Below, piece by piece: positions 31,394 to 40,568 of a DNA stretch of 64,000 nucleotides. This DNA is from an uncultured Clostridia bacterium. Lineage in GTDB: Bacteria; Bacillota; Clostridia; Oscillospirales; Acutalibacteraceae. The stretch is taken from contig CANQBK010000001.1 of the NCBI GenBank assembly GCA_947589485.1, forward strand, positions 20,254 to 84,253. Reading direction: 5' to 3'. The position numbers and the translations under genes were made by a program. Numbering within the stretch: the stretch's first letter is position 1; every line of letters starts with the position of its first letter. A model generated the notes under the pieces. It searched no databases and was not told the origin of the DNA. It worked only from the letters and a program-made list of their open reading frames with translations.

Positions 31394-31831
31394 TTAAACA
31401 GCCTCCGTATCCGATTCCCTGTACACCGCACAATTTTCGGGTGTTTCGTAAACCGCGACGCTTATAACGGGCAAATTCGTTTCTTTCAGAAAATCAAAAA
31501 AATATTTCGCAAAATTTTCTGCGGTAGGTCTGAACGGAACCTCGGTTATATTAAAATTTTCATTTTCAAGAGCGACGACAGTTTCAGGCTTGAAAGAATT
31601 TTTTTCATATATAAGTGTATGGTCAAATTTAGACGCAAGCTCCTTTACTGCGTCCTTAACTTCACCAAAGTCCATCAGCATACCTTTTTTTACTCCGTAT
31701 TCGTGCAGTTTATCTCCATTTACGGTTACTTCAATAACCCAACGGTGTCCGTGAATGTTTGCACATTTACCGTCATAACCCGATAAAAAATGTGCGCTGT
31801 CAAATGAAGCCGTAGTTTTTAAAAAATACAT
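31394..31831 (-). CDS. queD: 6-carboxy-5,6,7,8-tetrahydropterin synthase
   Basis: FDSAHFL and CANIHGHRW motifs. I chose the start at MYFLKTT (ATG 31831, AAGGGGA 5 nt upstream); the ORF-track extension to 31912 is unsupported. Confidence 0.85.
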   Translation of the reverse strand: MYFLKTTASFDSAHFLSGYDGKCANIHGHRWVIEVTVNGDKLHEYGVKKGMLMDFGEVKDAVKELASKFDHTLIYEKNSFKPETVVALENENFNITEVPFRPTAENFAKYFFDFLKETNLPVISVAVYETPENCAVYRESDTEAV

Positions 31832-32148
31832 AAAAATCCCCTTAAAAATAATAAACGCAGACACTGGAACGTGACCGCGCCCGATACCGGATAGATATTG
31901 TTCAAAAATCAATATGGATTACGGAAAGAATAATTTATAATAATATATTTCCGCTTGCCCGGGTTTTGTTTTATGACAGGATGGCGCAAACGAACTGTCA
32001 AAGCAACTTTACTCAAATATCATTATATTTTATGCCGGCTTCTTTGTCAAGAAAAAGACAATATCGTCAATTAAACGATGTAGTTTTTGCAAATTAGTTT
32101 TATCCGAATTTGGTACAGGCTCGATTATGCGAACGGGTACAGCCATAC

Positions 32149-32193
32149 AAAAAAACACGTCGGCATTACGAACATAATCGTTTTGCCTCCGTG
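32149..32193 (-). terminator. Rho-independent terminator after the GT2-TagF fusion gene
   Basis: An imperfect 10-bp stem CACGGAGGCA/TGCCGACGTG (8 of 10 paired) is followed by U7 on the minus strand. Confidence 0.55.
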
Positions 32194-32207
32194 CTTTTTA
32201 TATGGTT

Positions 32208-34931
32208 TTATTTTGGAATTTTTCTTATATATTCATAAACACGACTGCAGCTGTTTTCGTCAAAATAAGGATAAAATTCCTCAATGCGTTTTATATACTT
32301 GGGATCATTTCCGCAGTCATTTTCAATTTCGGCAATCATAGCGTTTACGGTACTGTCAAGATCGTAGCACACGGGACCGAAACCGTTGTCCTCATAACTG
32401 AAATAGCCTTTTTTATATGCGTGTTCGCCCGCAAAAAACTCATCTTTATCAAATTGAGAATATACAATCGGCTTTTTCAAATATGCAAAATCGAAAAATA
32501 CGCTTGAATAATCGGTGACAAGAAGTGATGACTCCGTAAATTCCTTTTGGTAATCCACATAGCCGTGGTTGACCGTAAAAACATCGTTCGGAGTAAAGTC
32601 AACATATTGCTTTGTATGCGACGGGTGCATACAGAAAAGTCCCTTATAGCCGTGTTTTTTCATACAATCACACAAGCGTTTGTCACTTATAAGAGAATTG
32701 TAAAAACGGAAATAATCCGTATTTTTAAATCCGTCATAATAAATGCTTTCGCCCGTCGAGGGATCGTAACTGCCTTTTATACTTTTTCTCCATGTAGGAA
32801 TAACAAGTATCTTCTTTTCTTTTGATTCGGACGCTTGTTCCTTTTGCATACGGATAAGGTTGTCATGACGCGGGAACCCCGACAGTATAGGAATATCGGG
32901 AGAATAATAATAGTTGCCCTCGCAAAAAGACTTATATTCGGGTCTGCCCGCCGTAACCAAAGCCTTTATATTTTTGTTGTATTTGCATACCCAATCGGAT
33001 AAATCGTCCTTTGTTACGCCGTGCTGTAAAAATACATAGTCAAAATTATATAAATCCGAAAGATATTTTTTGTCATTGTTAAAGGCATTGATTACATATT
33101 CGTTTCCGCTTGAAGAAATAATCTTGTCGGAAAGCAGAAAATAAAGTCTGTACAGCGGCGTATCATACGGTATGACCTTGCCGAAACCTTTCATTTTCTT
33201 GTAATCTTCGCTCGATTTGTTTATATAATAATAAACGTTTATATCCTTTGGCTTTATTGAATTTATATATTTAAAAAGGTGTTCGCCGTTATCGTTTGCT
33301 TTGTTAACGCGGTCAGAAATAAGCCATATTTTCTTTTTGTAAAGTTTGTTGAAAAGATGATACAGCTTACGGTATTTTATAAGGTACCCTTTTCCGTTCC
33401 TGCGCAATGATTTTTGGTACAGCCTTTCAAATTTGGCGAATGTTCTATGCGAATAGGGAATCGACCACATACATCTTCCCTTTAATTTAAGAATAAAATT
33501 ATCCTTGACATAATATCCGTCCTCAACGGGAGGTATATGGGCGAATTTTCCCAATGAGAAATAAATATCTTTATTATATTCTTCGTTTCCGTTTCCTTTA
33601 TAGGTAAAGAACAGTTTCAGCTGGGTTTCCTCGTCTTTTACAAGAGGTATCGCAAATTTCATTGCCCTGCCTTTTTCAATTATACCGTCCATAACCTCAA
33701 CATCAAACCTTGCACAGTCATAGTATGTCGGACGGTATATTTCCTCGCCGTAACAGATAAAAAAATCATAAGTATCGTTTTCAAGCCAGCAATTATCTTT
33801 ACCCTCAATATACAAAACATTGTCTATAATATCAATGAAAGAAAATACAGCTAACGTCTTGGCATTGACAAGATTCAGAACAGAAAAATTATCATAGAGC
33901 AATCTGTTGTGATCAAACACGAGTTTTTTTCTTATATCCTCTCCGTGCTTTAAAGAGAGAGCATATATTTTCATATTCATATACATACTTTTTTGGTTCA
34001 AAATTACCCTGTCGTCAATATTAGAAAGAATATCGACAAGAATTTTGCGGTATTTTTCATACTGCGGTTCGGGCAGAAGATTTTTTAAGGGTTTTTGTAT
34101 ACGCCACTGCAAATCGTACATTATCATATACTGAACGTACTCTATAATTCTTCCGTATTTTTCTATGGATTTATTCATAAGATCCTTATGAAAAAATTCG
34201 GGAGAATCAAAATAATAACTTTCCGATTTCAATTCATTTTGGAGAGCCGATGACTCGTCGGGACGTTTTCTGTAAAGATGAACGGCGCCGCGTACAACGC
34301 CGACGGTACATTTTTCGAGTATTATGGAGTTTACAAACTGCGCGTCCTCCCCATACTTCAAATTTGTATAAAAACGGTTTTCCCCGATCGCGTCGGCTTT
34401 TATAAAAGCTCCCGTAACATCCATTTGAATGAACTCATAATCGGTTTTCAAATCTAAAACACAGGTCTTTTTAAATTTATAGTCAAGGCGATGGAATCCG
34501 TTTTTTGCGTCAAAAAACCTTTTCCGTGCGCCTACCACATCGACTTCATCGTAATGTTCTTCAAAAAAAACATTTACCCTTTCAAAGGCAAGAGGATCCC
34601 AACAGTCGTCAGAGTCAAGAAAATTTACATATTTGCCCTCTATATATTTGATTCCCGTATTTCTCGCGGAGCTTACGCCTGCGTTTTCCTGTTTTACATA
34701 TATAATATTGTCGGGATATTTATTTTTGTAGGAAAGGCAAATTTCCTCACTGTTGTCGGGGCTTCCGTCATTCACAAGAATAATTTGTATATTTTCAAAC
34801 CCAATGGACTGGTTTATGACAGACTCAATCGTTTCTCCGACATATTGCTCAACATTATAGACCGGTATAATGACCGAAAATAAAAATTTATAATTTTTTT
34901 CCGTATTTTCATCTATAATTTTATTGCTCAT
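32208..34931 (-). CDS. Bifunctional family-2 glycosyltransferase / CDP-glycerol glycerophosphotransferase (TagF-like)
   Basis: 907 aa. The N-terminus has GT2 motifs (FSVIIPVYNVEQYV, VNDGSPD, FLDSDD). The C-terminal ~380 aa resemble TagB/TagF (WLISDRVNKANDNGEHLFKYI, FLQHGVTKDD, IPTWR, LVTDYSSVFFDFAYLKKP). Confidence 0.8.
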   Translation of the reverse strand: MSNKIIDENTEKNYKFLFSVIIPVYNVEQYVGETIESVINQSIGFENIQIILVNDGSPDNSEEICLSYKNKYPDNIIYVKQENAGVSSARNTGIKYIEGKYVNFLDSDDCWDPLAFERVNVFFEEHYDEVDVVGARKRFFDAKNGFHRLDYKFKKTCVLDLKTDYEFIQMDVTGAFIKADAIGENRFYTNLKYGEDAQFVNSIILEKCTVGVVRGAVHLYRKRPDESSALQNELKSESYYFDSPEFFHKDLMNKSIEKYGRIIEYVQYMIMYDLQWRIQKPLKNLLPEPQYEKYRKILVDILSNIDDRVILNQKSMYMNMKIYALSLKHGEDIRKKLVFDHNRLLYDNFSVLNLVNAKTLAVFSFIDIIDNVLYIEGKDNCWLENDTYDFFICYGEEIYRPTYYDCARFDVEVMDGIIEKGRAMKFAIPLVKDEETQLKLFFTYKGNGNEEYNKDIYFSLGKFAHIPPVEDGYYVKDNFILKLKGRCMWSIPYSHRTFAKFERLYQKSLRRNGKGYLIKYRKLYHLFNKLYKKKIWLISDRVNKANDNGEHLFKYINSIKPKDINVYYYINKSSEDYKKMKGFGKVIPYDTPLYRLYFLLSDKIISSSGNEYVINAFNNDKKYLSDLYNFDYVFLQHGVTKDDLSDWVCKYNKNIKALVTAGRPEYKSFCEGNYYYSPDIPILSGFPRHDNLIRMQKEQASESKEKKILVIPTWRKSIKGSYDPSTGESIYYDGFKNTDYFRFYNSLISDKRLCDCMKKHGYKGLFCMHPSHTKQYVDFTPNDVFTVNHGYVDYQKEFTESSLLVTDYSSVFFDFAYLKKPIVYSQFDKDEFFAGEHAYKKGYFSYEDNGFGPVCYDLDSTVNAMIAEIENDCGNDPKYIKRIEEFYPYFDENSCSRVYEYIRKIPK

Positions 34932-35064
34932 CTGTAATATTCCTCCTGCCTGTTCGGCATTTTTTAATAATCAATACTCCGATGTCAACAAGCCGGTCCG
35001 ACGGCGGTTTTACATTCACGGAACCACGGCATTTACCTCCGTAAATACAGTCGGTAAATCCCTC

Positions 35065-36063
35065 TTATAATTCAAAGCCTGATTTTTCGGGCAGCAGCTT
35101 TTGGAAAGCGTCTATAACCTGTTGTTTTTGCAGTTCAAAATTGCTTGTCCTTATAGTATCGTTTACACAAATCAGTTTGTACCTTCCCGTTGATATAGAA
35201 TCCAACATTTCGGAAAATATTCCGTCTTTTATATGGAAACAGCGTCCGATTTTTGTACTGCGCGGAACAGCTTCTCCCTCGCATAGCTGCCAAAATTTCA
35301 TAAGCCACTGGTTGCAGTTGTTTTTGGTTCTGAATTTATCCATACAGGTAAGATCAAGCGTTTCTCCCTCAAGCTCCCATACCTTTTCAAATGTGCTTTT
35401 CAAAAAATTACTCGGTAAATGGTTATAATATATACCCGGAAACCATGGCCACATATTAAGGGCGGTGGTTTTTATGACACGTTTGGAGCCGTTTTTCAAG
35501 CTAAACCATTTTCGTTTTGCCTTTGTCTTAAAGAGCTTTCTTTTGTTGAAATGAATGTTTATAAGCTCCATATCGTTGCCGTTAAAAAAGCCGGCGCTTT
35601 TTCTTCCGAAGAAAATACAGTCCAAACCGTAGGTATCCATAGGGTGACCGTTTTTAAAGAAATTTTCCGGCTTTACCGGCGCCGTAACAAACATATCGTC
35701 GTTGAAGTATACAAACTGTTCGGCAAGACCTTCTATTCTGTGGAGGTTCAATTCAATTGTATTTGCGTTAAATGTAGGAAGATAAGCGGACGGTATATAA
35801 TCCTTATGGTTAACTATATTGAGTTTTGGGTGATTCGTATTAAGCCACGGCGGAAGATGTCCCCATGTTACAAAATGAATTTTGTTTACCCAAGGGGCAA
35901 ATTTTTCAATCCCCCTGAACCAATATTGAAGGTTGTCCCAGCTTCGGTAACGTATAACGGTATTATCACCCCGTTCGTTTGACGAATCATATTTATTTTT
36001 CTCTTTCTGCCATTCGGGGTCGTTCCCGTCAACCCAAATCATAACAAAATCAATTTTATCCAA
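35065..36063 (-). CDS. Stealth-family protein (probable sugar-1-phosphate transferase), paralog 1
   Basis: 332 aa with a CR1-like motif IDFVMIWVDGNDPEW and a CR2-like motif FVYFNDDMF. It apparently uses a TTG start. Confidence 0.65.
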   Translation of the reverse strand: MDKIDFVMIWVDGNDPEWQKEKNKYDSSNERGDNTVIRYRSWDNLQYWFRGIEKFAPWVNKIHFVTWGHLPPWLNTNHPKLNIVNHKDYIPSAYLPTFNANTIELNLHRIEGLAEQFVYFNDDMFVTAPVKPENFFKNGHPMDTYGLDCIFFGRKSAGFFNGNDMELINIHFNKRKLFKTKAKRKWFSLKNGSKRVIKTTALNMWPWFPGIYYNHLPSNFLKSTFEKVWELEGETLDLTCMDKFRTKNNCNQWLMKFWQLCEGEAVPRSTKIGRCFHIKDGIFSEMLDSISTGRYKLICVNDTIRTSNFELQKQQVIDAFQKLLPEKSGFEL

Positions 36064-36256
36064 TTATTACACCGCTTTTCCTTTAAATTCCGTTATTTTT
36101 AATTCTGAGCCGGCAAACCGGATTTTTGAATCGGTTTATTCCGGCAGCTTCGGCGCCGTTTTTAAACATAAATCAAAAAATTCATTTACAGTTATTTTTT
36201 ACACTTTCATCAACTGATATTACTGTAATTTATTATATTTTATATTATAAATTATG

Positions 36257-37402
36257 TCAAGAAACGGCAGGTTCCGCGTCTAAAATTTTATTACAGAATT
36301 TTACCGCCTTGTCGGAAATAAATTTCAAAAACTTGTTCCAACGCACCAACCATTGTATCAGCATAATGACAATGGAAATTAACAGCGATACCGCAAGAAC
36401 GAACAGAAATATAATTGACCAATTACCCAATGAGTAAGCAATGTCCTTGAACCAGACGTATCTTACGAAAGTATGAACAAAGAAAATATTTGAAGAATGT
36501 TTCCCCAAGAATGACAGCACCGTGTTTAAAATCGGAATATCGCATATAAATTCGTATATATAATAAATAAAATATACAGGGAGGAGCGAGCTTATGAAAT
36601 AGAAGAAATATTTTTCGCACCAATCCGTTTTTCTGAATATAACAAGAAAGACCAATACAGCCGTCAAAATGACCAGCTTTATTATTTTACTTACAACCTT
36701 ATTTTTTACGGGGCTTGCTTTTTTAAGTCTTTCAAAAATTTTGAGGTCGGCAATTATTATACCCATCGGAATGGTAAGGAGCCAGCGCGTCATATTTGTA
36801 AGACCGCCTGCCGACAAAAACGAACTGTCCAGCAAAACGGGAACAACAATGTAAGGCACGACACAAAAAACGCCGAATTTTTTATAAAGTCTTACGGTCA
36901 ACGGCAGTAAGAAAATAATTACAAGCGCAAAGCTCATATACCACCATGTTCCTATCATCAACTTTGAGCCTATAAAGCCGGCAACGCCGAACATATCGGC
37001 TATAAAATTAAAGAAAAAGCCTATATCCGTACCGTATGGGTTAAAATCGGTAAATATAAGAGTGGGAACAGTACACAACAAATAAGGAATAAGAAAGGAA
37101 CCGAGAAGTGATATGGTTCTTTTTGTAATAAATTCCGAAGAAGTACGGTTATCAAGTTCAAGGTTCCTGTTTTTAAACATAATTGTTTTTGTGAGTCCGT
37201 ATGAGGATAAAAACGCAAACATACCCACGCATATATTCATACTTTCAAACAAATAAAAAGCTGTACTGCGTGAAAACGGAGCAAGACTGACATCGTATCC
37301 GCAAAGTCTGTCAGCGGAAGAAAAACAATGGTAGCAAATAAGAAATATAATTGCGATACCCTTTACGGTCAAGGTATCTTTTTTTGAAAAATCGTATGTC
37401 AA
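36257..37402 (-). CDS. Membrane acyltransferase family-3 protein (probable glycopolymer O-acyltransferase)
   Basis: 381-aa polytopic protein with the typical N-terminus (KGIAIIFLICYHCF). It is embedded between the two Stealth genes. Confidence 0.7.
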   Translation of the reverse strand: MTYDFSKKDTLTVKGIAIIFLICYHCFSSADRLCGYDVSLAPFSRSTAFYLFESMNICVGMFAFLSSYGLTKTIMFKNRNLELDNRTSSEFITKRTISLLGSFLIPYLLCTVPTLIFTDFNPYGTDIGFFFNFIADMFGVAGFIGSKLMIGTWWYMSFALVIIFLLPLTVRLYKKFGVFCVVPYIVVPVLLDSSFLSAGGLTNMTRWLLTIPMGIIIADLKIFERLKKASPVKNKVVSKIIKLVILTAVLVFLVIFRKTDWCEKYFFYFISSLLPVYFIYYIYEFICDIPILNTVLSFLGKHSSNIFFVHTFVRYVWFKDIAYSLGNWSIIFLFVLAVSLLISIVIMLIQWLVRWNKFLKFISDKAVKFCNKILDAEPAVS

Positions 37403-37414
37403 TTAATCCACTCC

Positions 37415-38425
37415 TTAAAGTTCAAACGAAGATTTTTTCGGTAAAATCAAATCGAAACATTCCTTTACGATTTGTTTTTTTTCATCGAAATTAAGAGTCC
37501 TCGGCGTATCGTTTATACAAACGAGCTTGCGGCTCTGTTTTTTTAACGTTTGGCAGAGTGCATCAAAATTTTCCTCTTTTATGTGATAGCACTCTCCTAT
37601 TTTGTCGGAACGCACAACACATTCGCTTTTGCAAAGCTGCCAATATTTCATAACCCACTGATTGACGTTGGATTCTGTTCTGAATCTGTCACTGCACGTT
37701 TTATCAAGTATTTCATAATACTTTTCCCATACCTCATTAAACGTACTTTTGGTAAAGCTCGACGGTAAATGATTGTAATGAAAACCCGGAAACCATTGCC
37801 ACGGATAAAGTATCATTGTTTTAAACACAACTCTTGCCCCGTTTTTTATATTGAACCATTTCCCGAAATTCTTCATAATTATTTCATGCTTGTTTTTAAA
37901 TTCGGTATTGATTATTTCAAGATTTGAACCGTTAAAATGACCGGCACTGTCATGCCCGAAATAAACGCAATTAAGACCGTAAGTATCGCAGGGCTTACCT
38001 TTTTTAAAGCAGTCGTCGGGAGTGATTTTGTTAATAATAAACATATCGTCATTAAAATACACAAAATGCTCGCTCAGACCTTTTATTCTGTGCATATTCA
38101 GTTCTATTGTATGAGAACTGAATGTCGGCAGATATTTTTGGGGTATATAGTCCCTATGGTTAACTATGACAAGTTTTTGATGGTTGACATTCAGCCATTT
38201 CGGCAAGTGTCCCCATGTAATAAAATAAATTTTATTTACCCACGGGGCATAGTTTTCCACTCCCCTGAACCAATACTGCAAATTGTCCCAATCTCGGTAA
38301 CGCACGGAGGTATTGCTGTCATTCATTACCGCAGACGGGTCATATTTAGCCTTTTCGGCTTGCCATTCGGGGTCGTTTCCGTCAACCCACGGTATAACGA
38401 AATCTATTTTTTCGTCTTTCCCCAT
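37415..38425 (-). CDS. Stealth-family protein (probable sugar-1-phosphate transferase), paralog 2
   Basis: 336 aa with IDFVIPWVDGNDPEW and FVYFNDDMF. It is collinear with paralog 1 over the full length, roughly 60% identical by eye. Confidence 0.65.
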   Translation of the reverse strand: MGKDEKIDFVIPWVDGNDPEWQAEKAKYDPSAVMNDSNTSVRYRDWDNLQYWFRGVENYAPWVNKIYFITWGHLPKWLNVNHQKLVIVNHRDYIPQKYLPTFSSHTIELNMHRIKGLSEHFVYFNDDMFIINKITPDDCFKKGKPCDTYGLNCVYFGHDSAGHFNGSNLEIINTEFKNKHEIIMKNFGKWFNIKNGARVVFKTMILYPWQWFPGFHYNHLPSSFTKSTFNEVWEKYYEILDKTCSDRFRTESNVNQWVMKYWQLCKSECVVRSDKIGECYHIKEENFDALCQTLKKQSRKLVCINDTPRTLNFDEKKQIVKECFDLILPKKSSFEL

Positions 38426-38428
38426 AAA

Positions 38429-39628
38429 TTACAGCTCCTTAATCGCTTTGTAGTTGCGCTCACAATTGTTTGCGTCATATAAGTCGAAAAATTCGTTCTG
38501 TCTGGAAATATATTTTTCGGGATTTTTAAATTTATCGGAAACGGCACATTCAAATTCGTCAAGGGCGTCGTTCAGATTGTAGCACACTTTTCCGAAACCG
38601 TCTTTTTCGTAACTGAAATATCCTTCGGGATATTGACCGTGACGGAAATCCTCATAGTCGAACTGATAATACATAAGCCGTTTTTTCATATATGCAAAGT
38701 CCATAGCAATACTCGAAAAATCCGTAATCAAATACTCCGACTCTTTGAGAAGCGTTTGTACGTCATATTCGGGCCACGCCGCAACCGTTATACATTCATT
38801 GTTCACATTAAAATACCCGATAAATTTCTGCATATCTCTGTGCGGATAAAATATCATCTTGAGATTATTGTCTTTGAGTATTTTTTTCAGCCGTTCACTG
38901 CTCAAAAACTCACTCCAAGCACGAAAATATTCGGTGTTCCGAAAGTCGGAAACATCTTCTATTTCATCGGACGCCGAAGTCGGAGCGGCAATCCAATTCC
39001 TCCAAGTCGGCATCAATAAAATTTGACGCGGCACTGTCTTTGAATCGTGGAGGTTGTCGAACCTGCATAACCCCAATTGCTTAACATAACCGTCGGGATA
39101 GCCATATTTTTCTTTTACAAAATCCGTTTCACGCTTTGTGCTGCACACAAACATTCTCATCATGGTATTTTTATAGTGCAAAAAAGGCATATCATCTTTT
39201 ATAATTCCATGCTGTAAAAATATTCTTGTGTTTTTTATAATTCGGTTTACCTCCATAACATAACAGACCGCCGCATTTGGTTTTCCGCCTTTTTGCGAGC
39301 TTATGTTTTTTTCGGCGGATAAATACAGTATCCAGTGCTTTAGAGTGCCGTAATTGACTACCTTTCCCAAATTTTTTACCTTATCATAATCAGGCGATTT
39401 TTTGCTTATCGCATAAACAACATCTTGTTCGGGATGTTGTTCGCAAATATATTTAAACAGCCAATAGCCGTTATCTCTTGCCTCATTTTTATTATCGCAC
39501 AAAAGCCACATATTCCTGCGAAAACGTTTGTAAACAAGTGCAATCGGGAATGCTGCTGCAAAAAGAAATATATGACAAATATCACTGAGTTTTACTCTTT
39601 GCAGCTTTTGCAGAAAAGTTTCTTCCAT
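38429..39628 (-). CDS. CDP-glycerol glycerophosphotransferase family protein (TagB/TagF-like)
   Basis: Motifs WLLCDNKNEARDNGYWLFKYI, FLQHGIIKDD, MPTWR and LITDFSSIAMDFAYMKK. I chose the start at MEETFLQ (ATG 39628, GGGAGG 6 nt upstream) rather than the TTG at 39652. Confidence 0.8.
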   Translation of the reverse strand: MEETFLQKLQRVKLSDICHIFLFAAAFPIALVYKRFRRNMWLLCDNKNEARDNGYWLFKYICEQHPEQDVVYAISKKSPDYDKVKNLGKVVNYGTLKHWILYLSAEKNISSQKGGKPNAAVCYVMEVNRIIKNTRIFLQHGIIKDDMPFLHYKNTMMRMFVCSTKRETDFVKEKYGYPDGYVKQLGLCRFDNLHDSKTVPRQILLMPTWRNWIAAPTSASDEIEDVSDFRNTEYFRAWSEFLSSERLKKILKDNNLKMIFYPHRDMQKFIGYFNVNNECITVAAWPEYDVQTLLKESEYLITDFSSIAMDFAYMKKRLMYYQFDYEDFRHGQYPEGYFSYEKDGFGKVCYNLNDALDEFECAVSDKFKNPEKYISRQNEFFDLYDANNCERNYKAIKEL

Positions 39629-39677
39629 TATTTTCCTCCCAAGCCCAAACAAAATTTACGAGGTAAATCAGCATTGT

Positions 39678-40568
39678 TTAAAGAACATCGGGCAGGCGTT
39701 TTTTCAAACGATTATAATTGAAAATGCCTATAAATATTACAAAAACAAATTCAGCCAAAAATATTGCGTTTTCCCACAAAGGATGTACCGGACCTTGGTC
39801 AAAGCCTTCAAAAAACCACTTGTCACATATCATAGCCTTGCGGTAACCGTTGCAGAAAAATGTCATAGGGTTGAAAAGCAAAATAGTCCTTACAATTTCC
39901 GAATCAAGCGTATAGGAGTTGTAACCTACACCCGAAAGCCAGAACAAACCCGACATTATTGTTGTAACAAAGCTCTCGAAATCCTTGCTGAAAGCGCTCA
40001 TTGGAGCGAGCGACCATGTAAGGCATAGAAAGAAAGCGAACATTAACGGGGCGTAAATTAAAAGCTGAAGATTGTATATACTCGGCATAATACCGACTAA
40101 TGCAAGGTAAAGATAACCTATTGAGAAAAGAAAAATATGAACATAAAATTTTGATATTGTCGTATATGTCATTATGCAGGAAACCGGAAAAGAAATTTTG
40201 TTTACAAACTGCCTGTTTGAACGGATACATTTACTGCCTGCCGAAATGGTATCACTCATAAAGCACCATGGCAAGAATCCAACCATAAGGAAAATAAAAA
40301 AAGGCACACCCATTTCCTGTCTGCCTGCACCGCCGCGAAGTCCGACGGTAAAAGCAAACCAGTATACAAAAAGCTGAAAAAGCGGTTTCATTATTGCCCA
40401 CGCCGGTCCGATAATCGCACCTTTATAGTTTTTTATAAGGTCGTCCTTTGCGAGCATAAACGTCTGTTTGCCAAAGCCTTTATGTTCCCTTGGTATTGCA
40501 AGCAGCCCGTCTTTGATTTTCGCAAAAAAGCCCATCTTTTTTGATTGATGATTTATAATTGTATTCAT
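39678..40568 (-). CDS. ABC-2 type polysaccharide/teichoic-acid export permease (TagG-like)
   Basis: 296-aa protein with 6 TM helices and a TagG-like N-terminus (LAKDDLIKNYKGAIIGPAWAIMKP). Its start overlaps the GT2 stop (ATGA). Confidence 0.75.
   Translation of the reverse strand: MNTIINHQSKKMGFFAKIKDGLLAIPREHKGFGKQTFMLAKDDLIKNYKGAIIGPAWAIMKPLFQLFVYWFAFTVGLRGGAGRQEMGVPFFIFLMVGFLPWCFMSDTISAGSKCIRSNRQFVNKISFPVSCIMTYTTISKFYVHIFLFSIGYLYLALVGIMPSIYNLQLLIYAPLMFAFFLCLTWSLAPMSAFSKDFESFVTTIMSGLFWLSGVGYNSYTLDSEIVRTILLFNPMTFFCNGYRKAMICDKWFFEGFDQGPVHPLWENAIFLAEFVFVIFIGIFNYNRLKKRLPDVL

Noticed and set aside
31832-31975. A preQ1-I riboswitch in the queD leader (hairpin CGCGG-N14-CUGCG)
   Set aside because: The tail after the hairpin is U-rich (UUUAUUAUUUUUAAGGGG) rather than the conserved A-rich ACUA-containing tail. 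I cannot support the call without a covariance-model search.
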